Positions 25,385 to 38,114 of a DNA stretch of 64,000 nt are shown in pieces. Position numbers and translations under genes: made by a program. This DNA comes from Podarcis melisellensis. Its lineage: Eukaryota. The DNA is taken from assembly GCA_964234715.1 (NCBI GenBank), contig OZ174280.1. One strand, written 5' to 3'. Below the pieces are notes generated by a model. The model was given only the letters and a program-made list of their open reading frames with translations, made no database searches and was not told the DNA's origin. Position 1 is the first letter of the stretch; each line of letters opens with the position of its first letter.

Positions 25385-25692
25385 TCCTTGGACATATTTA
25401 AAGCACTATGATATCACTATAAACAGCCATAGTTTCCCCCAAAGAATTCTGGGAAGTGTAGTTTGTTAAGTATCCTGGGAGTTGCTAAGAAATCCCTTTT
25501 GCCCTAGAACTACAATTCCCAGAGTAGTTTCACAATCAATCCTTCTTCCCAGGGAATTCTGGGGACTGTAGTTTTTTGAGGGGAATAGGAGGCCCCTTAA
25601 CAAACTACAATTCTCATGATTCTTTGAGAGAAGTCACAACTATTTAGAGTGGTATCGTAGTGCTTTAAATGTATGGTGGGAATGTGGCCTTG
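25385..25692. mobile_element. Long palindromic MITE (partial copies at ~14860-14990 and ~42770-42840)
   Basis: Nested inverted arms: atttaaagcactatgata / tatcgtagtgctttaaat and tgtagtttgttaag / cttaacaaactaca. Confidence 0.75.
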
Positions 25693-26086
25693 GCCTTTTC
25701 AGAGCACAAACTGATTAGGCAACATTTTCAGCCTTATGTGGCCTTTTTGCTAGTCTCATATCCTCTCCTCCTCATCGCTGGATCCCATTGTCCTCCACAT
25801 GCTGGAGGAGAAGGCCTACAACAGGGAGCCTGTTGGGCTCACACAGTTAGAAACTTGTACAATCAGGGTTCCAAGTTCTAAATCACACAGAGGACCTTCA
25901 TGCATCCAGCAGAAATCCCCACCACAGACTTTTGCCCTCTAATGCACGGAGAGTGAATGGCCATGCTTCTGGAGCACAACAAAGAGAATGGGGCTAGCAA
26001 GTCCTGCTTTATTCTCCCTCTTGCACACTAGAGCATTGAAGATAGCCATTTAAAACTTTGAGATGTTCAACCATGCAAATGGTGGT

Positions 26087-26211
26087 GGTTTTTAAGCAGA
26101 GTTTGGATGGCCATCTGTCATGGATGCTTTAGCTGAGATTCCTACATTGCAGGGCATTGGACTAGATGGCCCTCAAGTCCCTTCCAATTCTACATTTCTA
26201 TGATTCTATGA
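26087..26211 (+). mobile_element. CR1 3' terminus
   Basis: ggtttttaagcagag...cccttccaattcta...(ttctatga)2. Confidence 0.9.
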
Positions 26212-26215
26212 GCTA

Positions 26216-26464
26216 CAGCAGAACCTCTACTCATGACCACAATCCATTCCAGAGGCCCGTCCTCATGGTGAAACAGGTCACTGGTAGAAGTGCGTTGTGC
26301 GCAGGAACATTTGGTGGCAGCCCGCTTCTGCGCATTTGCAGACGACGGTGGCCGCTTCTGCGTGTGCGCAAATCGTGGCAAACCCAGTGTTTACTTCTGG
26401 ATATGCCACGGTCACGACTTGGAGCAGGCCTAAGTAGAGCAGGACGTAAGTAGAGGTTCTACTG
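26216..26464. mobile_element. Tc1/mariner (Tigger-like) MITE
   Basis: TA|cagcagaacctctact...agtagaggttctactg|TA; TIR matches 15/16. Confidence 0.85.
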
Positions 26465-26474
26465 TATTTTTAGA

Positions 26475-26475
<1 letters not shown>

Positions 26476-26519
<44 letters not shown>
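26476..26519 (+). repeat. (AAT)n microsatellite
   Basis: Read directly from the sequence. Confidence 0.95.
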
Positions 26520-26520
<1 letters not shown>

Positions 26521-26521
26521 T

Positions 26522-26868
26522 GGTAAAGGGACCCCTGACCATTAGGTCCAGTTGTGACCGACTCTGGGGTTGCGGTGCTCATCTCACTTTACTGGCTGAG
26601 GGAGCCAGCGTAAAGCTTCCGGGTCATGTGGCCAGCATGACTAAGCCGCTTCTGGCGAACCAGAGCAGTGCCCAGAAACACCGTTTACCTTCCCACCGGA
26701 GCGGTACCTATTTATCTACTTGCACTTTGACGTGCTTTTGAACTGCTAGGTTGGCAGGAGCAGTGACCGAGCAACGGGAGCTCACCCCGTCACGGGGATT
26801 CGAACCGCTGACCTTCTGATCGGCAAACCCTAGGCTCTGTGGTTTAACCCGCAGCACCACCCGCGTCC
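26522..26868 (-). mobile_element. Sauria SINE (Squam1), near full length
   Basis: Minus strand starts ggacgcgggtggtgctg, has B box ggttcgaatcccc and body catgctggccacatgacccgg, and ends ccctttacc. Confidence 0.92.
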
Positions 26869-26965
26869 ATAATAATAATAATAATAATTTATTTATACCC
26901 TGCCCATCTGGCTGGGTTTCCCCAGCCACTCTGGGAGGCTTCCGGCAAAATATTAAAATACAATA
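26869..26965 (-). mobile_element. L2 3' tail with (ATT)n
   Basis: Minus strand cccagagtggctggggaaacccagccagatgggcagggtataaataaattattatt; matches the L2 end at ~43770-43810. Confidence 0.75.
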
Positions 26966-28155
26966 ATTCATCCAATAATTATAGTGAATGGAAAACATAG
27001 AGATTGCTATTATACAGAAGGTCAGAAGCTGTAGTATGGACGGAAGGAGCAAGAGCACAGAGCAACTCATTAACAGATCAGAATGATAAATTGTGCAGAT
27101 AGAAGGAAGATCTTGTGGCCTAATATACATACACACATATGCACTTTCCTTCATATAATAGCCTAGCTTATTAAGGAGAAAAGTTCTTCCTAGCTTAGAA
27201 TTATCTCTTAGCTTTGTATATGTAGGAAGGATGTGTGGGAGGGAGTGGCTGGATCAAGCAATGTCCCACCTGCACTTTGAACTAGAATAGACAATTGAGA
27301 GTAGCATCATGATTCTGCTTTACTTGACTAACTCATCACTAATTCAAAACCATCAGTGTGCATAGATCAATCCTGATGCTGCCAAATATTTGATTTTTTT
27401 TCCTACGTGCAAAAAGGGAAAAGTTGCTAGTCTAGCTTTCTTGCAACATTTATCTTAAATATAAGTAAAACAAAATAGTATGCAGAGAATGGACCATGTG
27501 CTATTTTCCTCCCCATTCTCCCCTTCTAGTTTTCCTTAGAGTAATATGTCTTTTCCAGTAGAGCGGGTAGGGATGAGTGCAGTAACACCACTTGAAAAAG
27601 ATAAGAACCAGGTTGTTTACATGTGGGAATTGCCAGCTGGGGAGTGGGGTGGGAAATATATTCTTGCATTCCAGAAAACTTCACTTGACCTTAAAAGGAA
27701 ACCATCTGGTTTTGCCGTTTTGTTCTTGTTTAAGAACAGCTTGTGTTTGCCAATCACAATTTAACACATGGTAATAACTGGCAGGACTTTGTGAAGCATG
27801 AATCACTTTCCCTAATGTGGCGGCTTGGGGGGAGGAATAGAAAAGAGTTTTGGAAGCAGTCGTTTGCTTCTGATGACTGGCTTGTCTTCTGTGTTGGCTT
27901 ATGTTGTCACAACTGCTGTAATGTTAAAGTGAAACCCCAAAAGCAATGAAGGAAATGCAATATGAGGGAGCCAGGCTTTCTCTGTTGTTGTGTCATTCTG
28001 CATTCATTCTCTTTGGAAAATGCAATGGTGTTTTCTTTTAATGGGAGGGTGGACATTGAAGGGCTTAGAGCAAGGCTGGGCAACTTTTTGTAACTTGACA
28101 GCCACTATCTCTTTTAGGGGCCACATCCCTGTGGTGTTGGGAAGAGGCAAAGCAG

Positions 28156-28156
<1 letters not shown>

Positions 28157-28217
<61 letters not shown>

Positions 28218-28277
28218 TTATTATTTATACCCCGCCCACTCTGGGTGGCTTCCAACAAAAGATTAAAAATACATTAA
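28157..28277 (-). mobile_element. L2 3' tail with expanded (ATT)~20 microsatellite, inside an older hAT-like element (~28068-28470)
   Basis: (aat)n followed by ttatttataccccgcccactctgggtggcttcc. Confidence 0.7.
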
Positions 28278-28476
28278 TGAATGTATTTTGAATGAATGTG
28301 GAACAATGAATGTGACTTTGAGCTGAGTACAATAGACTAGGTTCTTCCTACTCGTACATCCCTCTCAAGCCTCCATCCAGGCAAGCAGGAGACATTATCA
28401 GAGTTCAAGCGCCATTGTGCAAGCAGAAATCCTATTAGATCTATGTTGCTAGATACAACCCATGGTCCTTCACAGG

Positions 28477-28623
28477 CAGTGGCGTAGCGTGGGTTGTCAG
28501 CACCCGGGTCAAGGCAAGTAATTTGTGCCCCCTAACCCATGGATTTGCGCCCCCTAACCCTAACCCCCAGATGTTGCGCCCGGTGTGGCCGGCCCCCCCT
28601 GCACCCCCCACGCTACACCACTG
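28477..28623. mobile_element. hAT-type MITE (147 bp)
   Basis: TIRs cagtggcgtagcgtggg / cccacgctacaccactg. Perfect 8-bp TSD ttcacagg. Confidence 0.92.
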
Positions 28624-28742
28624 TTCACAGGGCAGGGATTGCAAACTTTGCAATTACCACTAAATATCTCCCATCATTTCTCCGGTCTAAACTAATGTAT
28701 CTAGCAGAGGGCAGCTCCTGGAGATGGTTCCTGGGGTTGACC

Positions 28743-28877
28743 CAGGCATTCCTAACCTTTGGCCCTCCAGATGTTTTGGACTACAATTCCCATCATCCCT
28801 GACCACTGGTTCTGTTAGCTGGGATCATGGGAGTTCTAGGCCAAAACATCTGGAGGGCCATAGGTTGGGGATGCCTG
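28743..28877. mobile_element. Palindromic hAT MITE, same family as 1324-1459 (older copies near 32915-33050, 34435-34494, 35050-35180, 44915-45012, 45530-45652, 53375-53470, 56650-56765)
   Basis: caggcattcc...ggactacaattcccatcatccctgaccactgg...ggggatgcctg. Confidence 0.85.
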
Positions 28878-29280
28878 GTCATAAATGAACTCCCTCATCC
28901 TTCTTTCTTCAAACTTTTAAAATATTGTAAATACATGTATTTAAATTTAAATTTTAACTTGTTGTTCTTTTGCAGAGTGAAACCCCACCAACTGCCATGG
29001 TACCTGGATGCCAGATTTCAGATGTGTGCCATTGATAACTTGGCACCCTGCAGATCTAATAAATAAGCAAACAGATAAATCAGACTGCCACATTCGCGTC
29101 ATGTACTGTGTGTGCTGCAAAAGCCTGAAATTTCAGCTATCTTATAACCTGCCAGAAAGCTGGCAATGCACCTAGAAAAGTTAGTGAACTTCATTACCTG
29201 GCAGCTCTGGGAAGCAGCTTGCTACATTCTCTACTTTGAATAATACCCTGTAATGAGCATCATCACAAGTTTGAGGCGTC

Positions 29281-29284
<4 letters not shown>

Positions 29285-29330
<46 letters not shown>
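29285..29330 (+). repeat. (CT)23 microsatellite
   Basis: Read directly from the sequence. Confidence 0.95.
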
Positions 29331-29335
<5 letters not shown>

Positions 29336-31429
29336 CTATTGGGAGACTGGAGAAATTGATGATTTGGTCTGGCAAATATATGTTCCCATATGTGCCCTTA
29401 TGATATCAGGCATCTGCTTCCCGTCAAGATGTCAGTTTCATTTGAAATAGCAGAGGGGAAAGAAGCACCTCTCTACTGTCTTACAAATTTCAGTTAGAGT
29501 ATTTTGCAACTATTGAATGTGTGTATAAAACAATGAAGGGTGTACCAAGTCAGAAGAAAATGTGAATGAGAGCTCCATGTGCAAATGGCCTCTGAAAATT
29601 CTCCATCCTATCTGTGTGCAGAAAAATGCGGGAGACCCCATCACTGAATTTCTCCACAGGGAGGATAAATTCTACAACAGTGTCCTGGCAACTGGGCTCA
29701 TCATATTTGCCAGCATTTTGCATCTTCCACAGTGTCCCAGATCTATCATTGTTCCCAGGTACTGTGATTAGGTAGTCCCATTGCACAATGTCCCCTCTTC
29801 TCCCATTAAAATTCTACATGCATTAGGGTGGTGAGATGAAGGAGGGGAGGTAGCTAGAGAGAGAGTTCCTGCTCTTTCAACAGCAGTGTAGAGGAAAGAG
29901 TTTCTACAGGTGTAACTTGTCCTAGAAGCTATAAATGCTATAAAAGTCCTCTCTTCCACATAACTGGAACCTGGAACCAAAGTTCCTCTTTGAAGGCCCT
30001 ATTCTTAGTCCCCCAGCCAAGTGAAATAAGGTGGAAGAGGGCTTTTCCAATAGTAGCACCCTGGAGAGGCCTCTCCTGTTGCCTTCTTTATGGCCTTTTG
30101 TATGGCATATGAATGGCACCAATAGGATTCTTGAGCACAAGGTCATTTATGTGGTTGCCTTCTCAGGATTCTTGAACTTGAGGTCATTTGTACATAAGTA
30201 CCGGCAAATGCTGAAGTCATGAAGACTGAGGGTGGAGAAGACCCATCCAGAGAGATACTGGGGAGGGACTGGAACGAGCCCTCCACCCTTCCCTTGATGC
30301 ACTTTTGTTGACATATGTCCAGGTCAATTGCCTGAAGGGGGCTTGTGCTGTTGACACACCAGATGCGAGCTAATTTCACAAGGAAATGAAAACCCAAGAG
30401 CTCAGTCATATTGAATAATTTTTTTGCTGGTTAACCAACATTCTGCATCCTGCTCATCAAAATGATAGAGACAGCAGTGATCATTGCTGCATCCACCGTC
30501 TTCACGGATCTGCAGGGCTTTGACAGACTTCATCTGTATTGAATTTGAGATCCCTTGTTAATTTCTTCCCCATATATTATGAGGCACTGGAAGGAGTGGA
30601 GTGGGGGAATTAATTTAACTTGGTGACCTTTTACAGCTGTCAGACTGTAATAATTTCACCCTTCTTGATCTTCACTGGACTTGCAGAGGGTCTCCAGAAA
30701 ACCGCAATAATAAATGCTTTGCTGGGCTGACATTTCACATTACATCATACTAGACAAGAAAGAAACGAGGCTCTCACCTGACATTCTGCAGTGGGGAAAT
30801 CTAAAGTGAAACAATAGCCCTCCATTTTTAATAACATTAAAACAACAACACATACATCAAGAGGAGAACTCCATAACAGGGATGACCTTCCAGGGATGGT
30901 GGGAGTTACAGCCCAGTAATGTGTGGAGGGGAACAGGCTCTCTATCTCTGTTCCATATTCAGGGTGGTTTCCAACTTTACATTATGTCTGGCATGTGGCT
31001 GAGTTTTACAATGAGGGTGTCCCTTTTTGTGGTGATGGAGGGAGCTAAGTGTGTCAGGGTGCCCCAATTAGGAGCTGTGAGCTGGAGTTAGAGCTGTGGA
31101 AAGACCTGAGCCAGGACAATTTGGGTCTTGGCCAGGGAGTTCCAGAGCTGGAGACCAATGGACTCATACAGGGGGCTGTTAACCCAGCATGTTCCAGTGG
31201 TGGCTAAAGGAGTAATCCTAAATATGGGAAACCATCACAAATCATGCCAGATTATGTTAAACCAGCATAAAGTCTGTCAGATCCAAACTCAGTTCAGGAG
31301 TGGGGCTGCTGATGGCCGAGTCAGCCTAAGCCTGGCAGCAGAAACAGAAGCCTTTAAAATTAAGTTTGTCTTACATGTTGCCAGGTCATGTGGAGGAGCT
31401 GAAAGGAGCTGGGGTCCAGTGTAAGTCAT

Positions 31430-31950
31430 CCTCAGGGACTTCCCTTGTATGCGAAGAACAGCTCTGGTGGATTGAGCGTACAGGACCAATAGTGGGTCTA
31501 AAGGTCAAAAAGGTGGTTTCTGCACCTGCTGTAGAGGGAACTGAGGGGCAGATGGGGCTTGTCAATCTGGGATGGTGGCCCATCTAGGAGAAGGAAAACT
31601 TTGATCCTAAACCTCCACTGCTTTGTGGGATATCTTCAGGAGAAGAAAAAGCTAGGGAGTAAACCATATACAAATCCAGAGTGAAGTACCTAAGAAGGTC
31701 AGATGGTGCCTTGTACACCTCCTTCCAGCAACTCCTGCAGCCAAGATGGTGCCAAACATACTGCTCTGCTGTCCTTTGGATCGCATCAGCAAAACTGGTC
31801 TTGTCATTTGGGCAGCCCAGGACCACCATACACACCACCCAGGCTTGCGCCCCAAGAAGGTCACTTCAGTGCAGCTAACATAACAGTTTGACTTCACCTC
31901 CGGAGACTCAGTCCATTGTCTATTGAGTCAGACAGATGCCAACAGTACCA
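31430..31950 (+). mobile_element. Non-coding interspersed repeat resembling an RTE-clade 5' region (non-autonomous RTE or SINE)
   Basis: Homologous in reverse to 41230-41990 and 46790-46960. Contains ctcctgcagccaag...tcctttgga and ctaggagaaggaaaact motifs. Confidence 0.55.
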
Positions 31951-33214
31951 GCCTAAAATTCATTTGTCTTGGCTCATCCACCTTAGCCAGCCTGAGTGTG
32001 TCAAACCAGCATATCTCCAGCTGATCCAGGATGAGGGAGTTCCACTGGCATAGCCCAGCTGTGCCAGGAATTGGCCAGGCCCATAATCTGTTGGATCCTA
32101 AAATGCTTATTCCTGCAGATCTTGGGATTTCAGTGTTCCCTTATACTGTGAGATCCTCCTCCACTTAGTCTTCTGCTGGCTCATTGCTTGCAGCTGGGGT
32201 TTCCCCCCTCTCATTTCCTAGAGATAGAGCAATCTGAAACCAAGTGGGCACTCCTCTGGAGACTCTTGGCTTCCTGTTGGAGCAATTTTAATTAGATTTA
32301 AATTTTTTTAATGTAAAAAGTGAAACCATTTTTTATTATTCAGAAAAAGGGAAAAGAGGGGGAGATATTTCCACCCTCTGCATGTTTTTGTTGCTTTTGA
32401 AATTTCAGTATTTCTCAATGATAATCAATTGAGGGTTTTTATAATTGCAGAATGAGATGCTTTCTCTCTCACGCACATACAAACAGTGGATATATTTAGA
32501 TGGCTCTATCCACATCTTAATTACCCCAAGAGTTGTTGTTTTAAAATCTGTCCTGTCAGGTAATGAAAATATACTACTTTCTCCCATTAAAAGTGATGAT
32601 ACGGATTCAGACTGCTCAACTATGCTAAACAGCAGTAGTAAAAATGCTGTTAATGTTTTATTCTCCCAAATGCGGTTTTTATGTGATCTTTCCCAGCATA
32701 AATAAAATATGATCAAATTTTCCTTTTCACTGATGCTATTTATCTAGCCTGACCTTTACAGGTTAGATAATCACGTCCTTGCTGTGATATCTGTTGCAGC
32801 AGCATGCCAACCCATGTCTATCAATCCCAGTTCAGGAAAGGAAAAAAAAATATATAGTGTCAAGTAGATTGGTACTAGCTGAGTTGACAGCTCTGAACAG
32901 CATTTCAGGAGGGTAGGGTTAGCTAATGTGGTGCCTTCTAAATGTTGTTGGACTACAATTCTCAGAAGCCCCAGGCACCATGGTAAGCAGTCAGGCATGA
33001 TAGGATCTGCAGTTCAACAACATCTGCAGGGCACCATGCTGTCTACACCTGATGTATGGAATTCAGGCTGTCTAGAAAACTGCAGGGCATTAAAAACTAA
33101 AGCTGTGCACTGGATTTGGCTGAAGCCCAAATCCTAAACCAAGCTGGGCCAATTTGGGGAGATCTGGACTTAAACCAACTGGGTTAGAAACAATCTTGGA
33201 TTGCTATTAGTCAG

Positions 33215-34980
33215 GCCACCTGGCGTGATCTTGAGCTGTCAGGGTGTGTTTCTGGCACTGGGCAATTGGGATGGATTAGGGATACTGCTGGTTTACTTTG
33301 CTGCTCAGCAGCTTCCCTGCTTGAGCTAACAGAGCTGGTCTCAGTGTGCAGGACTCCTAAAGTACTGCTTTTGGGGGACTTTAATGTCCATGCTGAGGTG
33401 ACTGGCTCTGGGTTGGCTCAAGCTTTCGTGGCTGCCATGACGACCATAGGGCTTTCCCAACATGTCACCAGTTTGAAAGTGGGGAATATTGACACCAGAC
33501 CCATGTCATTATCACATCATTTCCTGTTGAGATTTGGGCTGATGGATCTAACAAGTTTCCAAATAGCTCTGAGGGATTTTCCAACCAATATAGCTGCACT
33601 CCCTGGCTGACTTCTGGAACATCCGTATGGCTCGGACTGTGGACACGATTACCACTAAGCACACTCTCCCACTTTGTGGAATCTGGCTTCTTGATATATT
33701 CCAGAGCTTAGGGCAAGGATACAAGCTGGGAGACAGCTGAAATGCAAGTGGAGGAAAGATCTGGTTGGATGCAATCAAACAATGGTGAAGGCTCATCTTC
33801 AAGCATACCTAGTGACAGTGAAGGCAGCAAAGAAGGCATACTTCAGTGATTCCATTGCAATCACATTGTGCTGTCCGGCAGAGCTTTCCTGGGTACTGCA
33901 GGACTTTTTAGAGTCTGTCCCAAAGGACGTGACAGAACTGACGGTAGCTCTCTGTGATTTGTTTGCAAAGTACTTTAAAGACAAAAATTACCTGCATCTG
34001 TTGGGACCTTGACTACATTGTTATAGCAGATTAATCTCAAGAGGTGCCCAGAACACTGTCCAGTCCTGTTATGTTGGATGAGTTTCAGTTATGGCTTGAG
34101 GATGTGGACCAAGTGCTTGGATCAGTCAAGGTGACCGCCTGAGCTCTGGACCCTCAGCCATCTTGGCTGATAAAACCTAGCAGGGAGGAGACAACTGGCT
34201 TGGTCAGCGAGGTGATTCACGCCCCCTTGTGAGAGGGGATGGTTCCTGCCTGTGGACTAGACACTCTTGGAGTTTAAGCCTGGTTTTGGCACAGAAATTG
34301 CTTTGGTCACCCTGTATGATGAGCTATGTTGGAAGAGAGATGGGGAAAATGTGAAGTTTCTCCTTGACTTGCTTTGCAATGGTTCCAGTGCAACTTGGAT
34401 GGTCATTTCTAGAGGGTGATGCTTGGGGATGATGCAAGGGATGATGGGAGTTGTAGTCCAAAAACAGCTGGAGACCCAAGGTTGGGAAACACTGATGTAG
34501 AGCCTTCGGTGTGGGAGTCCTCGGGATTTGACATCTCCATGAAACTGCTGAGTTCATCCTGCTCTTGATGCAGCTACATTCTCTCTGAAGGAGTGGGTAC
34601 ACTGCTTGGGGGTATATCTGCATCCATTGCTGTCACTTGAGGCTCAGGTGGCCTCAGTGTCATGGACTGCCTTCCATCAGCTTCAGCTGGTAGTCCAGCT
34701 GCATCCCTATCTGGATAGGGATAGCTTAACTTCTGATGTCTATGCTCTGATAACTTCTAGTTTAGGTTACTGAAAAGTGTTTTATGTGGGGCTGTCTCTG
34801 GAGATGGTTCAGAAACTTCAGGTGGTGCAGAGTTCAGCAACCAGGTTGCTCATCAGGGCAAGGTGATCCTGATCTGACAGCATTGGCTGCCAATTAGTTT
34901 CTGGCCCACTCTGAAATGCTGGTTTTGACCTATACAGATTTGAATGACTCAGGACTACAACCTTCAAGAACCGACTTGCA
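33215..34980 (+). mobile_element. Degenerate L2 LINE ORF2 (APE endonuclease to RT) with deletions and a MITE insertion
   Basis: PKVLLLGDFNVHAE..FVAAMTTIGLSQHV (endonuclease), VKAAKKAYFSDSI, and later LLSLEAQVA / HQLQLVVQL..YLD / LQVVQ motifs. Many stops and frameshifts. Confidence 0.85.
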
Positions 34981-36784
34981 CGGCACCAAAATATGTGCAT
35001 CCTGATTTTCATCAGCAGAATGTTGGAGATTATGTAATGGCATAATGCAGGAGCAGTCTAAATGTGACTTCCACATTTTGTTGGACAACTCCCATCAACC
35101 CTGGTCATTGGCTTTGCTGGTTGGGACTGAGGTGAGTTGCAGTCCAAAAACATCTGGATTGTACCATGTTAGCTATCTCTGGCATAATGAGATCAAAGGC
35201 AACATTATTAGAATCACCACAGTCCATGGGATTAAATGGTAGTGTAGGCGAGTGGAGCAAAGAGGAGAACTCTGAATGCAAACAAATAAGGAAACTGCAC
35301 TAAGAAAAACAGCAGAAAACCACAATGAATAAGTTCAGCATAATGGCCACAAATCACATACATATTTGAGCCTTATGAGCCAGAGAGATTTGTATTTCTG
35401 AGCCAGGAAATATAAGTCTCAGCAGCACCACTTAACTCGGAACTTGCATCCAAGTGGGTTAGCTTAGAATTGCAATCTTGTCATATATAGAGGAAAGCCG
35501 GATGTGTATATATAAAGAAGGTGAAAACAGATTTCACCTTTCTCCCCTAGGCAACGTATATTTTCCATTCTCTGCACAGAAAGCTTTCCACTTTCTTGAT
35601 GTGCAGGAAAATGAACGACCATAAACAGCACATAAAACAGTGCTGCAAGGCTGTTCCGAAGTACCTGAAACTTGTAACCAACTCAAACATTTTTATCAGC
35701 TCCATAAGGATACACAGGCCAATAATAAAGCCATGATTCACTAGCCAATCCAAATCCAAATGACACCAGCTTTAAAAACAAATAGCCCAATCAAAGCAAC
35801 ATTGATGCAGCTCTAAAACAATAAATATTAGCTCTGTCACTGGATAACAGCTTCAAAGCGCTATACACTGTCTGGCTGTCACCGCCAAAGATCTCAAAGA
35901 GAGAGGAACTGAACAAATACAAAACTGAACATTCTGTTCAGAGGCAGCTGCAACTTTCAGTCATTTCCCCCTCCTCTGAAGTTTTGCTGCTGTGACTTTG
36001 CTTCACACACAATATAATGATAGATGGGACGCATGGTTCCCAAAATTGAATTTAATATTTTGCTGCTGCACTGAAATAAGAGAGAGCCACAACTACATAT
36101 GAGGAGGAGGACACTGAAAAGAGGCACTTAGATGAAGAAGCTGCCGAATTGCCAGCACTTTGCTGTTCCGTGTGTTTACGCTTCAACAATGCCACTGCAG
36201 TTTAAATAACATTATCAGCCAAGGAAATGAAAGACTTACATCCCCCTGTGGGAGGAGAGGAGGGGGAAGCACCACTCTAATGTAATGGAAAGACACCAGT
36301 TGACACACTGACAAAGCAGTGGCCCTGATCCAAGGATCCTTGCATTTACATGCCCAGCAAACAGATGGCCAGACAGCCCTAATCAGTAATCACTTGTTGG
36401 AAGAGTGGGAGTGGGATTCAGTCTCTCAGCTCCCAAACTGGTGATCAGTGCTGCTGAAAGCTTCAGAAAGCAGCTCACATCATCTGCTTGCTTGTTTTGT
36501 ACTCTGTGCGTGGTCCCAATTTAAATAAGGGACCTGTTTGCAGGGAACCTCTACAAACAAATTCATGGATAAAAATTCATGGGGGATTGATGACTCTGTT
36601 CTGTCTCCAGTTCTGTTAGGACTATGCTGAGGGTCAAGTCAAATTGGGCACATTTGGACAGTTTTAGACAAGTTGGGGATAGAAAGCCACAGATTGCTGT
36701 GAGTTCTGTTAGGACTGTGCACCAGATTCTGCTGAGGGTCAAGTCAAATTGGACATATTTGGAGGGTTTTGGGCAAGTCACAGA

Positions 36785-37106
36785 TAGGGGGTCAGCAAAC
36801 TTTTTCAGCAGTGGGCTGGTCCACTGTCCCTCAAACCTTGTGGGGGGTTGGATATTTTTTTGAGGGGGGGAATGAACGAATTCCTATGCCCCACAAATAA
36901 CCCAGAGTTGTATTTTAAATAAAAGCACACATTCTACTCACATAAAAACACCAGGCAGGCCCCACAAATAACCCAGAGATGTATTTTAAATAAAAGGACA
37001 CATTCTACTCATGTAAAAATACGCTGATTCCCAGACTGTCCACAGGCCGGATTTAGAAGGCAATTGGGCCAGATGCAGCCCCTGGGCCTTAGTTTGCCTA
37101 CCCATG
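36785..37106. mobile_element. hAT (Charlie-like) non-autonomous element with an internal duplication of 71-bp period
   Basis: Termini taggggg.tcagcaaact / agtttgcctacccatg. Repeat gccccacaaataacccagag...attctactca at 36888 and 36959. Confidence 0.75.
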
Positions 37107-37752
37107 GGGATAGTCCCACAGAGATCAGTGGCTATCGGGGGGCAGGGCATTAGGCAGGAAGGAGAAGCAAGCAGGGTGTGAAGATCATGTGAAAAATGCA
37201 GAAACCTACCAGGAAAAAGTAGGTCCAGTGGTGTGACTCTCTTCCTGATGTTCCACCTGCAGGACCAATGTCCCCACTCAGCAGCTTTCCTGCAGGAAAG
37301 TCATATGTGAAACATCACCGGGCAGGTCCAGATCATTTATTGTGCTGGCTGCTCCTTATTGTACAAAGCTTTCCTTTAAGCAAGGAAAGTCACTTGCAAA
37401 GAAGCAGCAGCCAGCTCATGAAGAAAGACACCATGCGGGGACTGAACTGCAAGGATCTGATCCTGCATGGTACTTGCTCCTTCGCTGGTGGCTTCCCTGC
37501 ACATAAGGAAAGGTGTTCACAAAGAGGCAGCAGCCAGCACCATGTGCGATTGTATTCTCCCACTCTGATCTGGGGGGCATATACTAGGGCAACAGGGAGG
37601 ATTAATGGGTCCATGCACAGCCCTTTGGGAATCCCAAGTGCAGAGAACATCTCCTGGGGAATCACAAGCGGTGAGCAGCCCTGTATTAGAGGATGCAGTG
37701 GAAAGGACACAGCAACCACACCAGCCCAGTAATAAAATAATTGGTCCTCCTA

Positions 37753-38114
37753 GGGACGCGGGTGGCGCTGTGGGTAAAACCTCAGCACCTAGGACTTGCC
37801 GATCGCATGGTCGGCGGTTCGAATCCCCGTGGCAGGGTGTGCTCCCATCGTTCGGTCCCAGCGCCTGCCAACCTAGCAGTTCGAAAGCACCCCCGGGTGC
37901 AAGTAGATAAATAGGGACCGCTTACTAGTGGGAAGGTAAACGGTGTTCCGTGTGCTGCGCTGGCTCGCCAGATGCAGCTTGTCATGCTGGCCACGTGACC
38001 CGGAAGTGTCTGCGGACAGCGCTGGCTCCCGGCCTCTAGAGTGAGATGAGCGCACAACCCTAGAGTCTGTCAAGACTGGCCCGTGCGGGCAGGGGTACCT
38101 TTACCTTTACCTTT
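37753..38114 (+). mobile_element. Sauria SINE (Squam1), full length and CpG-rich (young)
   Basis: gggacgcgggtggcgctgtggg head, B box ggttcgaatccc (37816-37827), (ACCTTT)n tail. Confidence 0.95.

Noticed and set aside
29562-29771. Exon-like ORF ending near a CAG|GTACTG donor-like site
   Set aside because: The peptide is not recognisable and there is no clear acceptor or partner exon.
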